From the NCBI GenBank assembly GCA_963675785.1, contig OY776562.1:3153758-3217757 (forward strand): DNA of 64,000 bases. Direction: 5' to 3'. This document shows positions 30,266 through 41,268 of this stretch, in pieces (the first letter of the stretch is position 1; each line of letters opens with the position of its first letter). The stretch comes from Anaerolineae bacterium. GTDB taxonomy: Bacteria; Chloroflexota; Anaerolineae; UBA1429. Both the position numbers and the translations under genes were made by a program. The notes beneath the pieces are model-generated. The model was not told the origin of the DNA. It saw nothing but the letters and a program-made list of their open reading frames with translations, and did no database searches.

Positions 30266-31615
30266 TCAGCCTAGCAATAGATAGGGCTCTTCGATATAGC
30301 GCGTGATACCTTGTAGGAATCGTGCAGCAGGTCCACCATCGACGAGTCGATGGTCAAAGGTGAGGCTGAGCCACATCTTTTTGCGAATGCAGATCTGTCC
30401 TGCGACTACGGCCGGCTCATCGGTGATGCGTCCGACACCCATGATGGCGCATTCGGGTGAGTTGATGATGGGCGTGAACAGGTCGGTACCGAACATGCCC
30501 AGGTTGGTAATGGTAAAGGTGCCGCCGCTCAGATCATCGGGTGCCGACTTGCCCTCGCGGGCTCGGGTCACCAAAGTGCGGAACTGGCTAGCGATCTCTT
30601 TGATACCCAGCGTATTGGCATTGCGAATGACGGGGACCAAAAGCCCGCGTTCGCTATCCACGGCCATGCCCATGTTGACATAGGGCAGATAGTGGATGCC
30701 ATCGTCTTTGAGCTGCACGTTCATATAGGGATACTCGCTCAGGCAGCGGGCGATGATCATGGCCAGGATGTCGTTATAGCCAATGTTAAAGCCGAGTTCT
30801 TTGGCATAGGCATCCCTGAGCTTTTCGCGCAGGGCAACAAACTCGGTGGCATCTACTTGGCTGTGCAGGGTAACGGAGGCCGTGGTGCTTTGCGAAGACG
30901 ACATATGCTGGGCGACAATGGCACGGACGCCGCTCATGGGCACGACCTTTTCCTCCCCCATAACTGGCGTAGCAGGTGCGGCTATGGTGGAGGTATGTGC
31001 GGTTGCCTGAGCCTTGACATCCTGAACTGTGATGCGGCTGCCGCTCGCCTGTACACTGGCGAGAGAGACGCCCATATCCTCAGCAACTTTTTTCGCCAAC
31101 GGCGTGGCTGCCGGAGCACTGGCCAGGTACGTATCGATATCGCGCTCGATGATGCGTCCCTGGGGACCACTGCCTTTGACTAGGGTCAGATCGACGCCCT
31201 TTTCACTGGCAAGTTTGCGGGCACGCGGCGAGGCCTTGATGCGATCACCATCGCCAATATCCTCGACAGCTACGGGTGTTTCGGCAGTGAGAGCTTCTTC
31301 GGCTTTTTCAGACATAGAAACAGCCGTGGCAGGTTTGCCGCCGCTGGCCTGCGCCAGTGCATCCGAGATGTCTTCATCCTCTTTGGCGATGATGGCTACT
31401 GGGGTGAGCACGGGCACAGTAACGCCTGCATCCAACAAGATCTTGCGGAGCACGCCCTTGGCTTTGGATTCTACTTCCAGAACGGCCTTGTCTGATTCAA
31501 TCGTAAAAAGCACGTCCCCGCGATCAATGGGGTCGCCCTCTTTTTTAAGCCATTCGACGATGGCGCCTTCTTCCATCGTTTGCCCGAGTTTGGGCAAAAT
31601 TACAGTTGTTGCCAT
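30266..31615 (-). CDS. dihydrolipoamide acyltransferase (E2)
   Basis: Lipoyl ESDKA, two peripheral-subunit-binding repeats (ASPRARKLA, ATPLAKKVA), catalytic DHRLVDG. Confidence 0.94.
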   Translation of the reverse strand: MATTVILPKLGQTMEEGAIVEWLKKEGDPIDRGDVLFTIESDKAVLEVESKAKGVLRKILLDAGVTVPVLTPVAIIAKEDEDISDALAQASGGKPATAVSMSEKAEEALTAETPVAVEDIGDGDRIKASPRARKLASEKGVDLTLVKGSGPQGRIIERDIDTYLASAPAATPLAKKVAEDMGVSLASVQASGSRITVQDVKAQATAHTSTIAAPATPVMGEEKVVPMSGVRAIVAQHMSSSQSTTASVTLHSQVDATEFVALREKLRDAYAKELGFNIGYNDILAMIIARCLSEYPYMNVQLKDDGIHYLPYVNMGMAVDSERGLLVPVIRNANTLGIKEIASQFRTLVTRAREGKSAPDDLSGGTFTITNLGMFGTDLFTPIINSPECAIMGVGRITDEPAVVAGQICIRKKMWLSLTFDHRLVDGGPAARFLQGITRYIEEPYLLLG

Positions 31616-31641
31616 GTTTCCTCCTGAAAGGAATGCTACGT

Positions 31642-33702
31642 TTAGCGAAGCACCTCGCGGATTCCGGCGATGATCGCATCAACATTCGGAATGGCTGCAT
31701 CTTCCAGCGTTTCCGCCATGGGGACGGGGACGTCATGGGCAGCTACGCGAACAACCGGGGCATCCAGATAATCAAAAGCTGTCTCATTTATAACAGTAAT
31801 GAGCTCACTTAGGAAACTTCCGGTTTTATAGGCTTCAGTAACACCCACTACATGGCCGGTCTTTTCGACAGACTTGACGATGGTTTCGACATCCAGCGGT
31901 TTGAGCGTGCGCAGGTCGATGACTTCGACGCTGATGCCCTCTTCGGCCAGCTTTTCAGCGGCTTCCAGGGCACGCAGTACCATGCGCGAGTAGGTGATGA
32001 CAGTCACATCCGAACCTTCGCGCTTGACGTCGGCAACGCCCAAAGGAATGACGTAATCTTCGGCGGGTACGGGGCCCTGCGTGCCATAAAGCATCTTGTG
32101 CTCGATGAACATGACGGGGTTGTCATCGCGAATAGCTGCTTTGAGCAAACCCTTGGCGTCATACGGCGTAGAAGGCATGACCACATAGATGCCGGGGAAA
32201 TGCGTCCATAGGGCTTCTAGACTCTGGCTGTGGTGGGCGGCGATGCTTCGTCCGGCGCCGCCCTCACTGCGGATCACCATGGGCACGCGAGTCTTACCAC
32301 CAAACATATAACGGTTCTTGGCACCCTGGTTGGCAATCTGGTCCATGGCCAACGGTGTAAAGTCCACATACATGATCTCGGCGATGGGGCGCATGCCGGT
32401 CATGGCTGCACCAACGGCGGCACCACCGATGAGCGCTTCGGAAATGGGCGTATCGATGACGCGGTCGCCGCCAAACTCTTTGAATAGATCTCGAGTGGCG
32501 CCATAAGCACCACCGTAGAGGCCCACATCTTCGCCCATGATGAAAACCTTGGGATCGCGTAGCATCTCTTCACGCATGGCGTCGCGCAGAGCTTGCCAGT
32601 AGGGAATGCGCGGAATACTCTCGTCAGTGCGGACGCGTTCGCGCAAGCGAGCTTCGGCTGCGATCTCGGAAGGCGTGGGCGCCTTGAGCACGTACACGTC
32701 GTTATCGACTTCGGCAGGATCGGGCATGGGCGAAGCCAGAGCAAACTCAGTAGCCTTTTTCACGGCCTCTTCAGCATGTTCTTCGACGGTTTCGAGTTCT
32801 TTAGGTGTGGCGATGCCGGCTTCTTCCAGCTTGGCTGCAAAGGTCTTGAGTGGGTCACGATCGTGCCAGGCCTGCTCTTCTTCCTTGGTGCGGTACTTGC
32901 GGGGATCGGAACGGGAATGGCCGTACCAACGGTAGGTCTTGGCTTCGATGAGCGTGGGGCCGTTACCTTGGCGGGCATTTTCAACAGCTGCCGAAGCGGC
33001 TTCGAAAACGGCGATGGGGTCCATACCATCTACAACAGCCGAAGGCATGTCGTAAGCTGAAGCGCGCGCAGCAATATCGGTCTGCGAGCTGATATTCTGG
33101 AAAGGCACAGACATGCCGTAGAGGTTGTTCTCGACTATGTACACCACCGGGAGCTTCCAGGCGGAGGCCATGTTCAGCGACTCGTGAAAGTTGCCGGTAT
33201 TGCTGGCGCCGTCACCAAAGAAGCAAACCACGACGCGATCCTCGTGTTGAAGCTTCATAGAGAGCGCTGCGCCTGTGGCTACAGGGATGTTGCCGCCGAC
33301 GATACCGGTGGCGCCAAGGTTGCCCTTTTCTACGTTGGCAATGTGCATCGAACCGCCGCGGCCTTTGCAATAGCCAGTGGCGCGCCCACAGAGCTCGGCC
33401 ATCATCTTGTCGAGATGTTCCTGATGCTCTTCAGGCGTTAGGCAGAGGATATCGCCACGAGCGTGGCAGTGACCGTGACCACGGTGGGTGCTGGTGATGA
33501 GGTCATCGTCGCGTAGGGCTTGAACTGCACCTACCGCTACGGCTTCTTCGCCAGCGTAGAGGTGCGAGGCACCTTTGATGATGTTCTGCCCGAGCAAATC
33601 ATAGACGGTATCCTCAAAGAAGCGGATTTCCCACATGCGTCTGAGGATATTGAGCAGTTCTTGCTTGTTCAGTTCTCTGGGAAAGGCATTTGTTTCAGAC
33701 AT
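31642..33702 (-). CDS. fused E1 alpha/beta ThDP-dependent dehydrogenase (acetoin/pyruvate dehydrogenase-like)
   Basis: THRGHGH, GRGGSMH, GDGA..ENN, then GEDVG, DTPISE, AAHHSQS in one ORF. Confidence 0.92.
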   Translation of the reverse strand: MSETNAFPRELNKQELLNILRRMWEIRFFEDTVYDLLGQNIIKGASHLYAGEEAVAVGAVQALRDDDLITSTHRGHGHCHARGDILCLTPEEHQEHLDKMMAELCGRATGYCKGRGGSMHIANVEKGNLGATGIVGGNIPVATGAALSMKLQHEDRVVVCFFGDGASNTGNFHESLNMASAWKLPVVYIVENNLYGMSVPFQNISSQTDIAARASAYDMPSAVVDGMDPIAVFEAASAAVENARQGNGPTLIEAKTYRWYGHSRSDPRKYRTKEEEQAWHDRDPLKTFAAKLEEAGIATPKELETVEEHAEEAVKKATEFALASPMPDPAEVDNDVYVLKAPTPSEIAAEARLRERVRTDESIPRIPYWQALRDAMREEMLRDPKVFIMGEDVGLYGGAYGATRDLFKEFGGDRVIDTPISEALIGGAAVGAAMTGMRPIAEIMYVDFTPLAMDQIANQGAKNRYMFGGKTRVPMVIRSEGGAGRSIAAHHSQSLEALWTHFPGIYVVMPSTPYDAKGLLKAAIRDDNPVMFIEHKMLYGTQGPVPAEDYVIPLGVADVKREGSDVTVITYSRMVLRALEAAEKLAEEGISVEVIDLRTLKPLDVETIVKSVEKTGHVVGVTEAYKTGSFLSELITVINETAFDYLDAPVVRVAAHDVPVPMAETLEDAAIPNVDAIIAGIREVLR

Positions 33703-33758
33703 TTCTCCAGCTTTCCTATGTTATAGGGTGAATGAATACGATATGTCGAGACGCCACA

Positions 33759-34688
33759 TCAGAGTGGCGTGACAACGACTTGATTGATGACAGCCTCTAC
33801 GGCTGTGCGTGTGGGCATGGCGCTGCCAGCCCCGAGTGCTGCGGCTGTACCTGAAGCCACGCCCCAGCGTAAAACCTCTTGAGCAGGTTCGCCGCGCAGC
33901 CAACTACAAAAGGCTCCCGTTAGCAGACAATCCCCTGCTCCGACGGCACTGACCTCTTGGATATGCGGCGCATGGCCAAACCAGGTACCCTGTTTGGTGA
34001 TGATGGCGGCGCCGCGGCTATCCAGCGACATGAGCACCAGTTCAGGCCCCATGCTGCGAATTTCGCTCAGCGTGCGGTGGATCTCTTTGTCGGTATCCAA
34101 CGCCGTGTCCACCAGTTCTTTGGCTTCGACAGCATTAGGCTTGGCCCAATTGGGGCGGGCGCGACATCCCACAGCTAGCGGCTCACCGCTGGTATCGAGC
34201 ACAGCAATGGCGTCGCGCGCACGAATGCCTTTGATGAGTTGAGCATAGGTTTCCGATGGCGCCCCCGGCGGCAAACTGCCCGACAAAAAGCAGATGTCGT
34301 TCGGCTGCAAACGTGCCCAGAGTTGTTCTTCCAGAGCGCGCAGGTCGTCTTTCGTTACAGTAGGGCCGGGTTCGTTGAGCTTGGTCGTTTGATTGCGTGA
34401 GGCGTCGATGACAGTAACGTTGGAACGAGTTTCGCCGCTCACGTGCACAAAGGCGCATTCGAAACCCTCTTCACCCAACCCGGTTTCCAGGATTTTGCCG
34501 AAACGTCCCGCGGCAAAGCCCATGATCACGGATTCGTGGCCCCATTCTCGCAGAGCCATGGATACGTTGACCCCCTTGCCAGAAAGGTCCAAGCGGGATT
34601 CGTAAGCGCGATTGAGTTCGCCGACGACTAGCTCTTCAAAGACCAGTGTGCGGTCCAGGGTGGGATTCAGTGTCAGTGTATAGATCAT
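33759..34688 (-). CDS. PfkB / 1-phosphofructokinase-family kinase
   Basis: TLTLNPTLD, SGKGVNVS, SGSLPPG, KPN, AVGAGD. Start 34688. Confidence 0.9.
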   Translation of the reverse strand: MIYTLTLNPTLDRTLVFEELVVGELNRAYESRLDLSGKGVNVSMALREWGHESVIMGFAAGRFGKILETGLGEEGFECAFVHVSGETRSNVTVIDASRNQTTKLNEPGPTVTKDDLRALEEQLWARLQPNDICFLSGSLPPGAPSETYAQLIKGIRARDAIAVLDTSGEPLAVGCRARPNWAKPNAVEAKELVDTALDTDKEIHRTLSEIRSMGPELVLMSLDSRGAAIITKQGTWFGHAPHIQEVSAVGAGDCLLTGAFCSWLRGEPAQEVLRWGVASGTAAALGAGSAMPTRTAVEAVINQVVVTPL

Positions 34689-35866
34689 GGCGTGAGGCCC
34701 TTGATCTCTGCATAGGCGTTGAGTACGGCTTGGCCCAGCGGTTCGCCGGGGTCGATTTCGCAAACTTCTGATAGAACTGCCGCCACACCTCTTTGAGCAA
34801 TCTCTGCCTGCATTTCTAGTGCAAGAGTGTCTTCCGGTGCATCAAAGGCCAGCGCCGCGGCAATAGCCTTGGCTAGGTTGAGGGGCAGGATGCCGGCCTG
34901 TTCGGCTAACCGCGCGGCCCCCACCAGACGGTCATGGGGCGCCAGCTTGCGCAAGGGGTCACGAGCCAGACGAATGATAGGATCAGCCAGGGCATAGTTG
35001 GCAAAGCGTTCCATCAGATCGGCGGCATAGTTTTTCAGCCAATTCGAGTCAGAGCCGTATACGGCGGCCAACCCTTGAATGGCTTCATGCATAACGCTGT
35101 TCAGCGTCTGGCGGATATCTGCGTCGACCAGTGCCTCGGTGCACAGGGTATACCCCTTTTGGTAGCCGAGATAGCCCAATACCGCATGGCCGGCGTTGTG
35201 CATATAGAGCTTGCGTGGCGTATACACATCGAAATCATCGATGGCCTTGATGCAACTATCCTCGGGTAACGGTCCCAGGAACGTCTTGGCGTTGATGGGG
35301 AACTCGTTATAGGGTTCAGTGACCAGGACGGTGCGATCTTGTGCGATCAACTCTGCCGGAGGTTCGGGCACCATAATACCCACCACTGTCTCTACAAAGC
35401 TGACCCTGTCCTGCATATAACCCAAGGCAAAAGGCTCCAGATTAGCAACGACCAGATCGCGCAAAACAGTTGGCGCGCCATAAAGGTTCTCGCAAAGAAC
35501 GATGTTCAGCGATGCTTGTACTTGGCGTGCCGCTCTGAGTTCAATGCCTCTGGCAATGACGGGGGCGATATCTGACAAGGCGCGTGCCCCAACCGAAGTA
35601 GCTCCCAGTATCGAATGAGCGATCAACTCTGCCGTACGCTCTATATCGGTGCTAGATAGGCAGGTAACAGGCGAGACCAACACATCCTCGCGGGATGTGT
35701 TGGTCACTAATCTGACTGTGTGTTGCCCGCGGTCATTCAGAGCGCTGACAAGGTCGGGAAGGATATCGATATAGTCGATGCGATAGCCGTAACGGCTGAA
35801 AAGCCGCCCGGTATAGGCTCGTCCGATCTTGCCTGCGCCAATGACAAAGAGGCTCTTGGCCACCAT
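34685..35866 (-). CDS. mannitol-1-phosphate 5-dehydrogenase-like
   Basis: GAGKIGR, CEN, RKLYMHNAGHA, RDPLRKL..DRL. Confidence 0.87.
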   Translation of the reverse strand: MVAKSLFVIGAGKIGRAYTGRLFSRYGYRIDYIDILPDLVSALNDRGQHTVRLVTNTSREDVLVSPVTCLSSTDIERTAELIAHSILGATSVGARALSDIAPVIARGIELRAARQVQASLNIVLCENLYGAPTVLRDLVVANLEPFALGYMQDRVSFVETVVGIMVPEPPAELIAQDRTVLVTEPYNEFPINAKTFLGPLPEDSCIKAIDDFDVYTPRKLYMHNAGHAVLGYLGYQKGYTLCTEALVDADIRQTLNSVMHEAIQGLAAVYGSDSNWLKNYAADLMERFANYALADPIIRLARDPLRKLAPHDRLVGAARLAEQAGILPLNLAKAIAAALAFDAPEDTLALEMQAEIAQRGVAAVLSEVCEIDPGEPLGQAVLNAYAEIKGLTP

Positions 35867-35869
35867 GGC

Positions 35870-36670
35870 CTAGCGCATCTCCTGGCCGCCGGTCACATTG
35901 ATGGCCTGGCCGGTCATGTAGGAGGACTCGTCGGACGCCAAGAAGATCATCACATTGGCCACATCGTCGTACTGGCAACCCCGTTTCATGGGCACCTGGT
36001 CGATGTACTTTTGGCGAACTTCTTCTTCGGTGATGCCCCACTTGGCGGCATACTGCTTGTAAAGGCTGTTCACCCACAAGGGCGAATCCAACAAGTTGCC
36101 CGGGCAAATGGAATTCACACGAATGTTGTTTTCGGCCAGTTCCAGGGCCAGGCTTTGGGTGAGGCCGATACCGCCAAACTTGGAGGCCGCATAGGCCGAA
36201 CTTTTGTAGCTGCCCTTTTTACCCGACTTGCTGTTGATTTGGATGATGACGCCACCGCTGCTCTGCTGCTTCATGATATGAGCGGCAGCCCGCGAGACCA
36301 TATAGTAGCCAATAAGGTTGACTTCGATGACCAACTTCCAGCGGGCGGCAGGCAGCTCGTCAATTTCACCAGCGAAAAGCACGCCTGCATTGGAAACAAC
36401 GATATCGAGCTTGCCAAAGGTGTCGACAGCATGTTGCATCAGGGCCTGCGTATCTTGTTCACTGGTCACATCACAATGGACGGCCATGGTGCCCACACCG
36501 TAGGTCTCGGCAATCTCTTGAGCGACCTTTTCAGCTGCTTCGTCGGCGATATCGGCGACCACGACGTTAGCGCCCTCTTTGCCCAGCCGGTGGGCCAAAG
36601 CCTCTCCCAGGCCCTGGCTGGCGCCGGTGATGACGGCCGTTTTGCCGGCCAATCGACCACAGTCACTCAT
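35870..36670 (-). CDS. srlD: sorbitol-6-phosphate 2-dehydrogenase-like SDR
   Basis: TGASQGLG, IQINSKSGKKGS, YAASKFGG, GNLLDSP, VTGGQEM. Confidence 0.82.
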   Translation of the reverse strand: MSDCGRLAGKTAVITGASQGLGEALAHRLGKEGANVVVADIADEAAEKVAQEIAETYGVGTMAVHCDVTSEQDTQALMQHAVDTFGKLDIVVSNAGVLFAGEIDELPAARWKLVIEVNLIGYYMVSRAAAHIMKQQSSGGVIIQINSKSGKKGSYKSSAYAASKFGGIGLTQSLALELAENNIRVNSICPGNLLDSPLWVNSLYKQYAAKWGITEEEVRQKYIDQVPMKRGCQYDDVANVMIFLASDESSYMTGQAINVTGGQEMR

Positions 36671-38421
36671 GGCAACATCTCCTTGAGGAATTCTTCTTCA
36701 GCCTCGATCGTCCAGCTTTCCTGTGGGCCGAGTTTTTCATAAACCTTGGGTAGCAAAGTCTTGAGATCCTCTAGACGCGTGACGGACAGGTCGCGAATCT
36801 GCGGATAGATGACGACTTTGCCGGGGTAGCTCTGATGCATGACGCCTTCGATGCCCTCTTTGACGCCGATGAGACCCGAGACGGCGGCGACGGACATATT
36901 GGGGTCTAGCTCGCCGCTTTCGGCAGCGTTCAGCATTTTGCGCAGATCAGTGATGGATGAGCCGCTGGTGCCGGTGAACTGAATGCCCTTGTCGGTGACG
37001 GCCGAAAGAGCGATATTAGCCTTGGTGCCACGAGCCAGGCCAGCAAAGATGTTGATCATGGCGTTCTGGCCGGCCATGGGCATGGCGCCCTCGACGACGC
37101 GCGGGCTGGGGGCTAGCACCACGAGGTCATCAAAGCCGGTGCCGTCGGTCATATCCACCAGACTCTCGTTGAATGCAGCCGAGGATTGTCCCTCACTGGG
37201 AACGCGCAGTTCAACGCGACCACTGCTCTTGGCGATGATGTGGGCATACTTTTCCTGAATGACATCCAGGCGCTCTTTGACCAGGTCAGTAGCCACGATG
37301 AGCGCGGGTCCTGGCTCTTTTTGCACGGCGCGTTGCACGTGCATCTGGCCCATGGGGCCTGCTGCACCGATGAATACAGCTTTGCCGCCTGGCTTGAGGT
37401 TGGTGCGAATGGGGCGGTAGCCATCGGCGATGACGTTGCTGTTGGTGCCCACAATGGCCAAGTTGTCATAATGCAGGCGTCCCACATCCACCGGAGCGGG
37501 AGCATCCAATTTGGAACCGCCAACCAGGTTGATCATGCCGCCCTTTGCGGCATAGACTTCCATGGTTTCATACAGAGCTGGGTCAACGCCCAATAGGACA
37601 ATGTCGTCATAGGATTGAGCGTCGATACCCGCCAGCGCTTTTTCCGAAGCAGCACCTTTTTCAACGAGCTCAATGCTATCGGCTGCGGCCAGGGCGCGTA
37701 ACTCGTCCAGCAGGGCACCGGAGAGACCAAAGGTCGTGATTGAAGCAGGCGCGCGCCCAGCGATATAAGGCTTGCCCAGTTTAGTGCAGCAAAAGGCAGC
37801 AGCCGGGCCCGCCACAATGGCTACCTTGCCGTCGAGCTTCCAGCTGGAGCGATAACTGACGTCGTAGGAGGCAGTGACGCAGGCCCAGGGCTCGGTCAGA
37901 GCGGCTTGAGCATAGCCGGTGGTCTCTTTGACAGGCAACAAGTAGCAGCCCTCGTCGCCATCCAACACGGGCGCGCCGACGATGTTGTACTGAGAAAGGC
38001 CGCCTTGCAATACATAGCCGTAGGCCAGCCCCACGCCCTTGTAGTACACATCAGCTTGGACGATGTAGCGCTGGCCGGGTTTGAACTCGGGGCGATTCTT
38101 GCCTGCTTTGATGACGGTAAGAATGACCTCATGGCCCAATACCACGGGCTGATTTTTCATATCGCGGCCGCCCAATCGGGGATGATCTGGGCCAGCCTTG
38201 ATGACCTTGGTATCAGAAAAGCACAGGCCGCAGGCATCATGACGCACCAAAAGTTCATCATCGTTGGGTTCGGGCAGATCCACTTCGATGGGATTGCCCT
38301 CCTGGCCCAGGTTCTCTATGCCCGCGCCGTACAGGGGCCACAACCAATACTTTTCTGGTAGCGGATCTTCTGCCTGGCGATAGCGCCGTAGCTTGGGATC
38401 AGTATAGAGTTTGTCTGTCAT
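36667..38421 (-). CDS. long Zn-dependent MDR oxidoreductase, L-sorbose-1-phosphate reductase-like
   Basis: GLCFSD, LGHE, LTEPWAC, GAAGPMG, GTSGS; 584 aa. Confidence 0.78.
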   Translation of the reverse strand: MTDKLYTDPKLRRYRQAEDPLPEKYWLWPLYGAGIENLGQEGNPIEVDLPEPNDDELLVRHDACGLCFSDTKVIKAGPDHPRLGGRDMKNQPVVLGHEVILTVIKAGKNRPEFKPGQRYIVQADVYYKGVGLAYGYVLQGGLSQYNIVGAPVLDGDEGCYLLPVKETTGYAQAALTEPWACVTASYDVSYRSSWKLDGKVAIVAGPAAAFCCTKLGKPYIAGRAPASITTFGLSGALLDELRALAAADSIELVEKGAASEKALAGIDAQSYDDIVLLGVDPALYETMEVYAAKGGMINLVGGSKLDAPAPVDVGRLHYDNLAIVGTNSNVIADGYRPIRTNLKPGGKAVFIGAAGPMGQMHVQRAVQKEPGPALIVATDLVKERLDVIQEKYAHIIAKSSGRVELRVPSEGQSSAAFNESLVDMTDGTGFDDLVVLAPSPRVVEGAMPMAGQNAMINIFAGLARGTKANIALSAVTDKGIQFTGTSGSSITDLRKMLNAAESGELDPNMSVAAVSGLIGVKEGIEGVMHQSYPGKVVIYPQIRDLSVTRLEDLKTLLPKVYEKLGPQESWTIEAEEEFLKEMLP

Positions 38422-38453
38422 TTTTCACTCTCCCTAAAGGAGGTACTTTTTCA

Positions 38454-39227
38454 CTAATCGATCTTGAGCTGTTGTCGGCGATAGAGTTCATCGGGGCGTG
38501 TGTGAATTCGCTCGACATCAGCCTCCGAAAGGAATCGAGGCCCACCAAAGGCAAAGGTGCCAGCCAGAATACGGCAGGTCTTGACGTACATGGCCGAGAT
38601 ATTCTCGACCTCTGTCGGCGATTTTCCCAGGGCGATCATGCCGTGGTTCTGCATGACCAGCACTTTGGGGGTCTGATTCCACTTTTCGATATATTCGGCA
38701 AATACCTTGCGCACGGCGCGTGCCAGGGGCAAGCCAGGGTCGGTATAGGGCACGTAAGCCGGTTCAGGGCCGCAGACCACGATGGAATCGGGGAACATCT
38801 GCCCCTTGACCAGGCTTTCTACATCTTGTGAACAGGAAAGCGCGTTGACGGCAGTGGGGTGGGTATGCCCCACAAAGGTAGCGTCAGTTTCGGCAAGTGC
38901 CAGAGCATGTAGAACCGTTTCTACCGAGGGGCGCCTGCTCTCGTTGGGATCGACGCAGGCCGACTTGAGGGCTGCCTTGAGTTCCTCATCCGAGAGATTA
39001 CCCTCATCAGCTAGTTTGCAGACTGGTTCGAGGTTGACGCGGACGAATCCAGCGGCGTCGATGGTGCCCAACTGTGTGCCGCTAGCCTTGACCCAAAAGG
39101 TGCCGTCGTCGCAGATGGCGGAGGTATTACCCTCCCCCAGGATGGCCAGATCGCGTTGGGTCTCACCCAGGGCGCGCGACATGGCAACTAGCTTTTCCAG
39201 AACGATTTCGCTGTTGCTCATCATCAC
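38454..39227 (-). CDS. class II aldolase/epimerase (rhamnulose-1-P aldolase-like)
   Basis: GEGNTS, KASG, PSVET..H, HTHP, NHG. Confidence 0.85.
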   Translation of the reverse strand: MMMSNSEIVLEKLVAMSRALGETQRDLAILGEGNTSAICDDGTFWVKASGTQLGTIDAAGFVRVNLEPVCKLADEGNLSDEELKAALKSACVDPNESRRPSVETVLHALALAETDATFVGHTHPTAVNALSCSQDVESLVKGQMFPDSIVVCGPEPAYVPYTDPGLPLARAVRKVFAEYIEKWNQTPKVLVMQNHGMIALGKSPTEVENISAMYVKTCRILAGTFAFGGPRFLSEADVERIHTRPDELYRRQQLKID

Positions 39228-40453
39228 GCTCCGGGGTATCCCGAGCTGTTCAATCCGGCGGCACGTTCCTGGCAGATCTTTTCGTAATAGCCGCTGGCCC
39301 TGTAGGCGGCGATGGGATCGGCGTCAATGCCCATGTCTTCACGGATTTTGGCCAACAGCGGACGCACGTCGGTGCGGAAGGCGTCGAGGAGGGTTTCTTC
39401 GGCCATCACCACGTCTCCACTGAGCTGAGCATCGCGTAGCTTGTTGCGGTCGATGCAGAGAGCACGAGCATAAGCCACCTGCACGTTGGCGATAGACTGG
39501 ATCATGGCTTCGAGTTTGGGCTTGATGTTGTGCGACTGATCGAGCATGTAGGCCACGTTCATTTCGACGCTGTCGTCGAGGTCGCCGCTGACTAGCTCGT
39601 TGTAGATGAGGAATAGTTCGTAAGGATTGATCGAGCCCACGGTGAGGTCATCGTCGGCGAATTTTTTCGAGTTGAAGTGGAAACCACCCAACCGGCCTTC
39701 ATCAATGAGGTAAGCCACGATCTGCTCGATGTTGGTGCCCAGCGGGTGGTGGCCCAGATCGACCAATACCTGGGCCCTGTCGCCCAGTTTGGTGGCCATC
39801 AACAGCGAGGTGCCCCAATCGCCAAGATCGGTGTGATAAAAGGCCGGCTCAAAGAACTTGTATTCGATGAGCAGGCGCATAGGCGCTGGCATAGCGTCGT
39901 AAACCTCATGCAGAACGGCTTCCAGGCGACGCTTGCGGTCGCGCATGTTATCTTGCCCAGGATAGTTGGTGCCATCGGCCAGCCACAGACTGATGATATC
40001 TGAACCGACTGTCTTGGCGATGTCGATGCACTCGAACATGTGGTCTAGCGCCTTGCGACGGATAGTTTCGTCGGCGTTACACAGGCTGCCCAACTTGTAC
40101 TCGGGCTCCTGGAATAGGTTGGGGTTGATGGCGCCGAGGGTCAGGCCCAGTGAAGCGGCATACTGTTTGAGGGCGCCCCAATCATCGACGATATCCCAGG
40201 GGATATGTAGGGCTACCGAGGGTGTAATGCCGGTGAATTTGTTGACCTGGGCGGCATCTTCAAGTTTTTCCTGCGCAGTGCGCGCGGCGCCTGCTTGAGC
40301 GAATACCTTAAAGCGCGTGCCTGAATCGGCATAGCCCCACGAGGGTGTCTCGATGCGCTGCGCCTTGAGATTCACTTCGATGGCGGCAACGTCCAATCCT
40401 TTGGCCGTGAGCTGATCAGACAACACGCGATAGGCTGGCTGCCAATTTTTCAT
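39224..40453 (-). CDS. rhaI: L-rhamnose isomerase, RhaI type
   Basis: [43 protein letters not shown]. Confidence 0.85.
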   Translation of the reverse strand: MKNWQPAYRVLSDQLTAKGLDVAAIEVNLKAQRIETPSWGYADSGTRFKVFAQAGAARTAQEKLEDAAQVNKFTGITPSVALHIPWDIVDDWGALKQYAASLGLTLGAINPNLFQEPEYKLGSLCNADETIRRKALDHMFECIDIAKTVGSDIISLWLADGTNYPGQDNMRDRKRRLEAVLHEVYDAMPAPMRLLIEYKFFEPAFYHTDLGDWGTSLLMATKLGDRAQVLVDLGHHPLGTNIEQIVAYLIDEGRLGGFHFNSKKFADDDLTVGSINPYELFLIYNELVSGDLDDSVEMNVAYMLDQSHNIKPKLEAMIQSIANVQVAYARALCIDRNKLRDAQLSGDVVMAEETLLDAFRTDVRPLLAKIREDMGIDADPIAAYRASGYYEKICQERAAGLNSSGYPGA

Positions 40454-40483
40454 GTTCAAACCTCCCGGATGTAATGCAATGAA

Positions 40484-41263
40484 TTACGCAAGAACGACAC
40501 GAACCCCGGCATCTTTGATGCCGGCGATGAATACTGCATCGGCATCCGTTGTGGTGAAAACGGTGTCGATATCCTCAATAGGAGCGCAGGTTGCAAAGGC
40601 AACTCGCCCCAACTTGCTGGGATCAATGATGACGTTGACGCTGGGTACGGTGCTGATCAATTTGCGTTTGAGTTCTACCTCCGCACGGTGGGCATCGGTC
40701 AGGCCTTCTTCCAGTGTTAGGCCTCGTCCGCCAAAGAACCCCTTTTGAAAATTGCCTTCATCTAGAATGCGTGAATCCAAACTACCGCTTATCGAGGCGG
40801 CTTCATGCCAAACGGTGCCACCGGGCATGAGCACAGTGATACCGGGTGCATTGATGAGTTCTAGAGCTACATAGAGGCCGGTGGTGAGCACGGTGAGATC
40901 ATGCAGGCCCAAGAGGTTGCGGGCCATGTGCAGTGCGGTGGTGCTGGCATCGAGAATGATAGCCTCGCCGTCACGCACAGTAGCCGCCGCAGCGGCGCCA
41001 ATAGCGCGTTTGTCCTCGATATTCTCACGCTGACGCACAGCAAAGGAGAGGGAGCCTTGGTCTTTGGGCATAGGCAACACGCCGCCGTGAGTGCGCAGAA
41101 GTAGGCCAGCCCTTTGCAAAAGGTTGAGGTCTGAGCGAATGGTTACTGCTGAGACAGTCATTTCTTCAGCCAAGTCGGCAACGCCAGCATATCCCTCACT
41201 TTGTACCTGCTGAAGGATGTACTCAAAGCGTTCTTGCTGAGTTAGGCGCCGATCACTCGTCAT
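40484..41263 (-). CDS. DeoR/GlpR family regulator
   Basis: VSAVTIRSDL, RTHGG, LDASTT. Confidence 0.93.
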   Translation of the reverse strand: MTSDRRLTQQERFEYILQQVQSEGYAGVADLAEEMTVSAVTIRSDLNLLQRAGLLLRTHGGVLPMPKDQGSLSFAVRQRENIEDKRAIGAAAAATVRDGEAIILDASTTALHMARNLLGLHDLTVLTTGLYVALELINAPGITVLMPGGTVWHEAASISGSLDSRILDEGNFQKGFFGGRGLTLEEGLTDAHRAEVELKRKLISTVPSVNVIIDPSKLGRVAFATCAPIEDIDTVFTTTDADAVFIAGIKDAGVRVVLA

Positions 41264-41268
41264 GAAGG

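Noticed and set aside
35720-36742. 340-aa antisense ORF and similar long shadow ORFs
   Set aside because: Antisense mirrors of well-supported genes, expected at this GC content.
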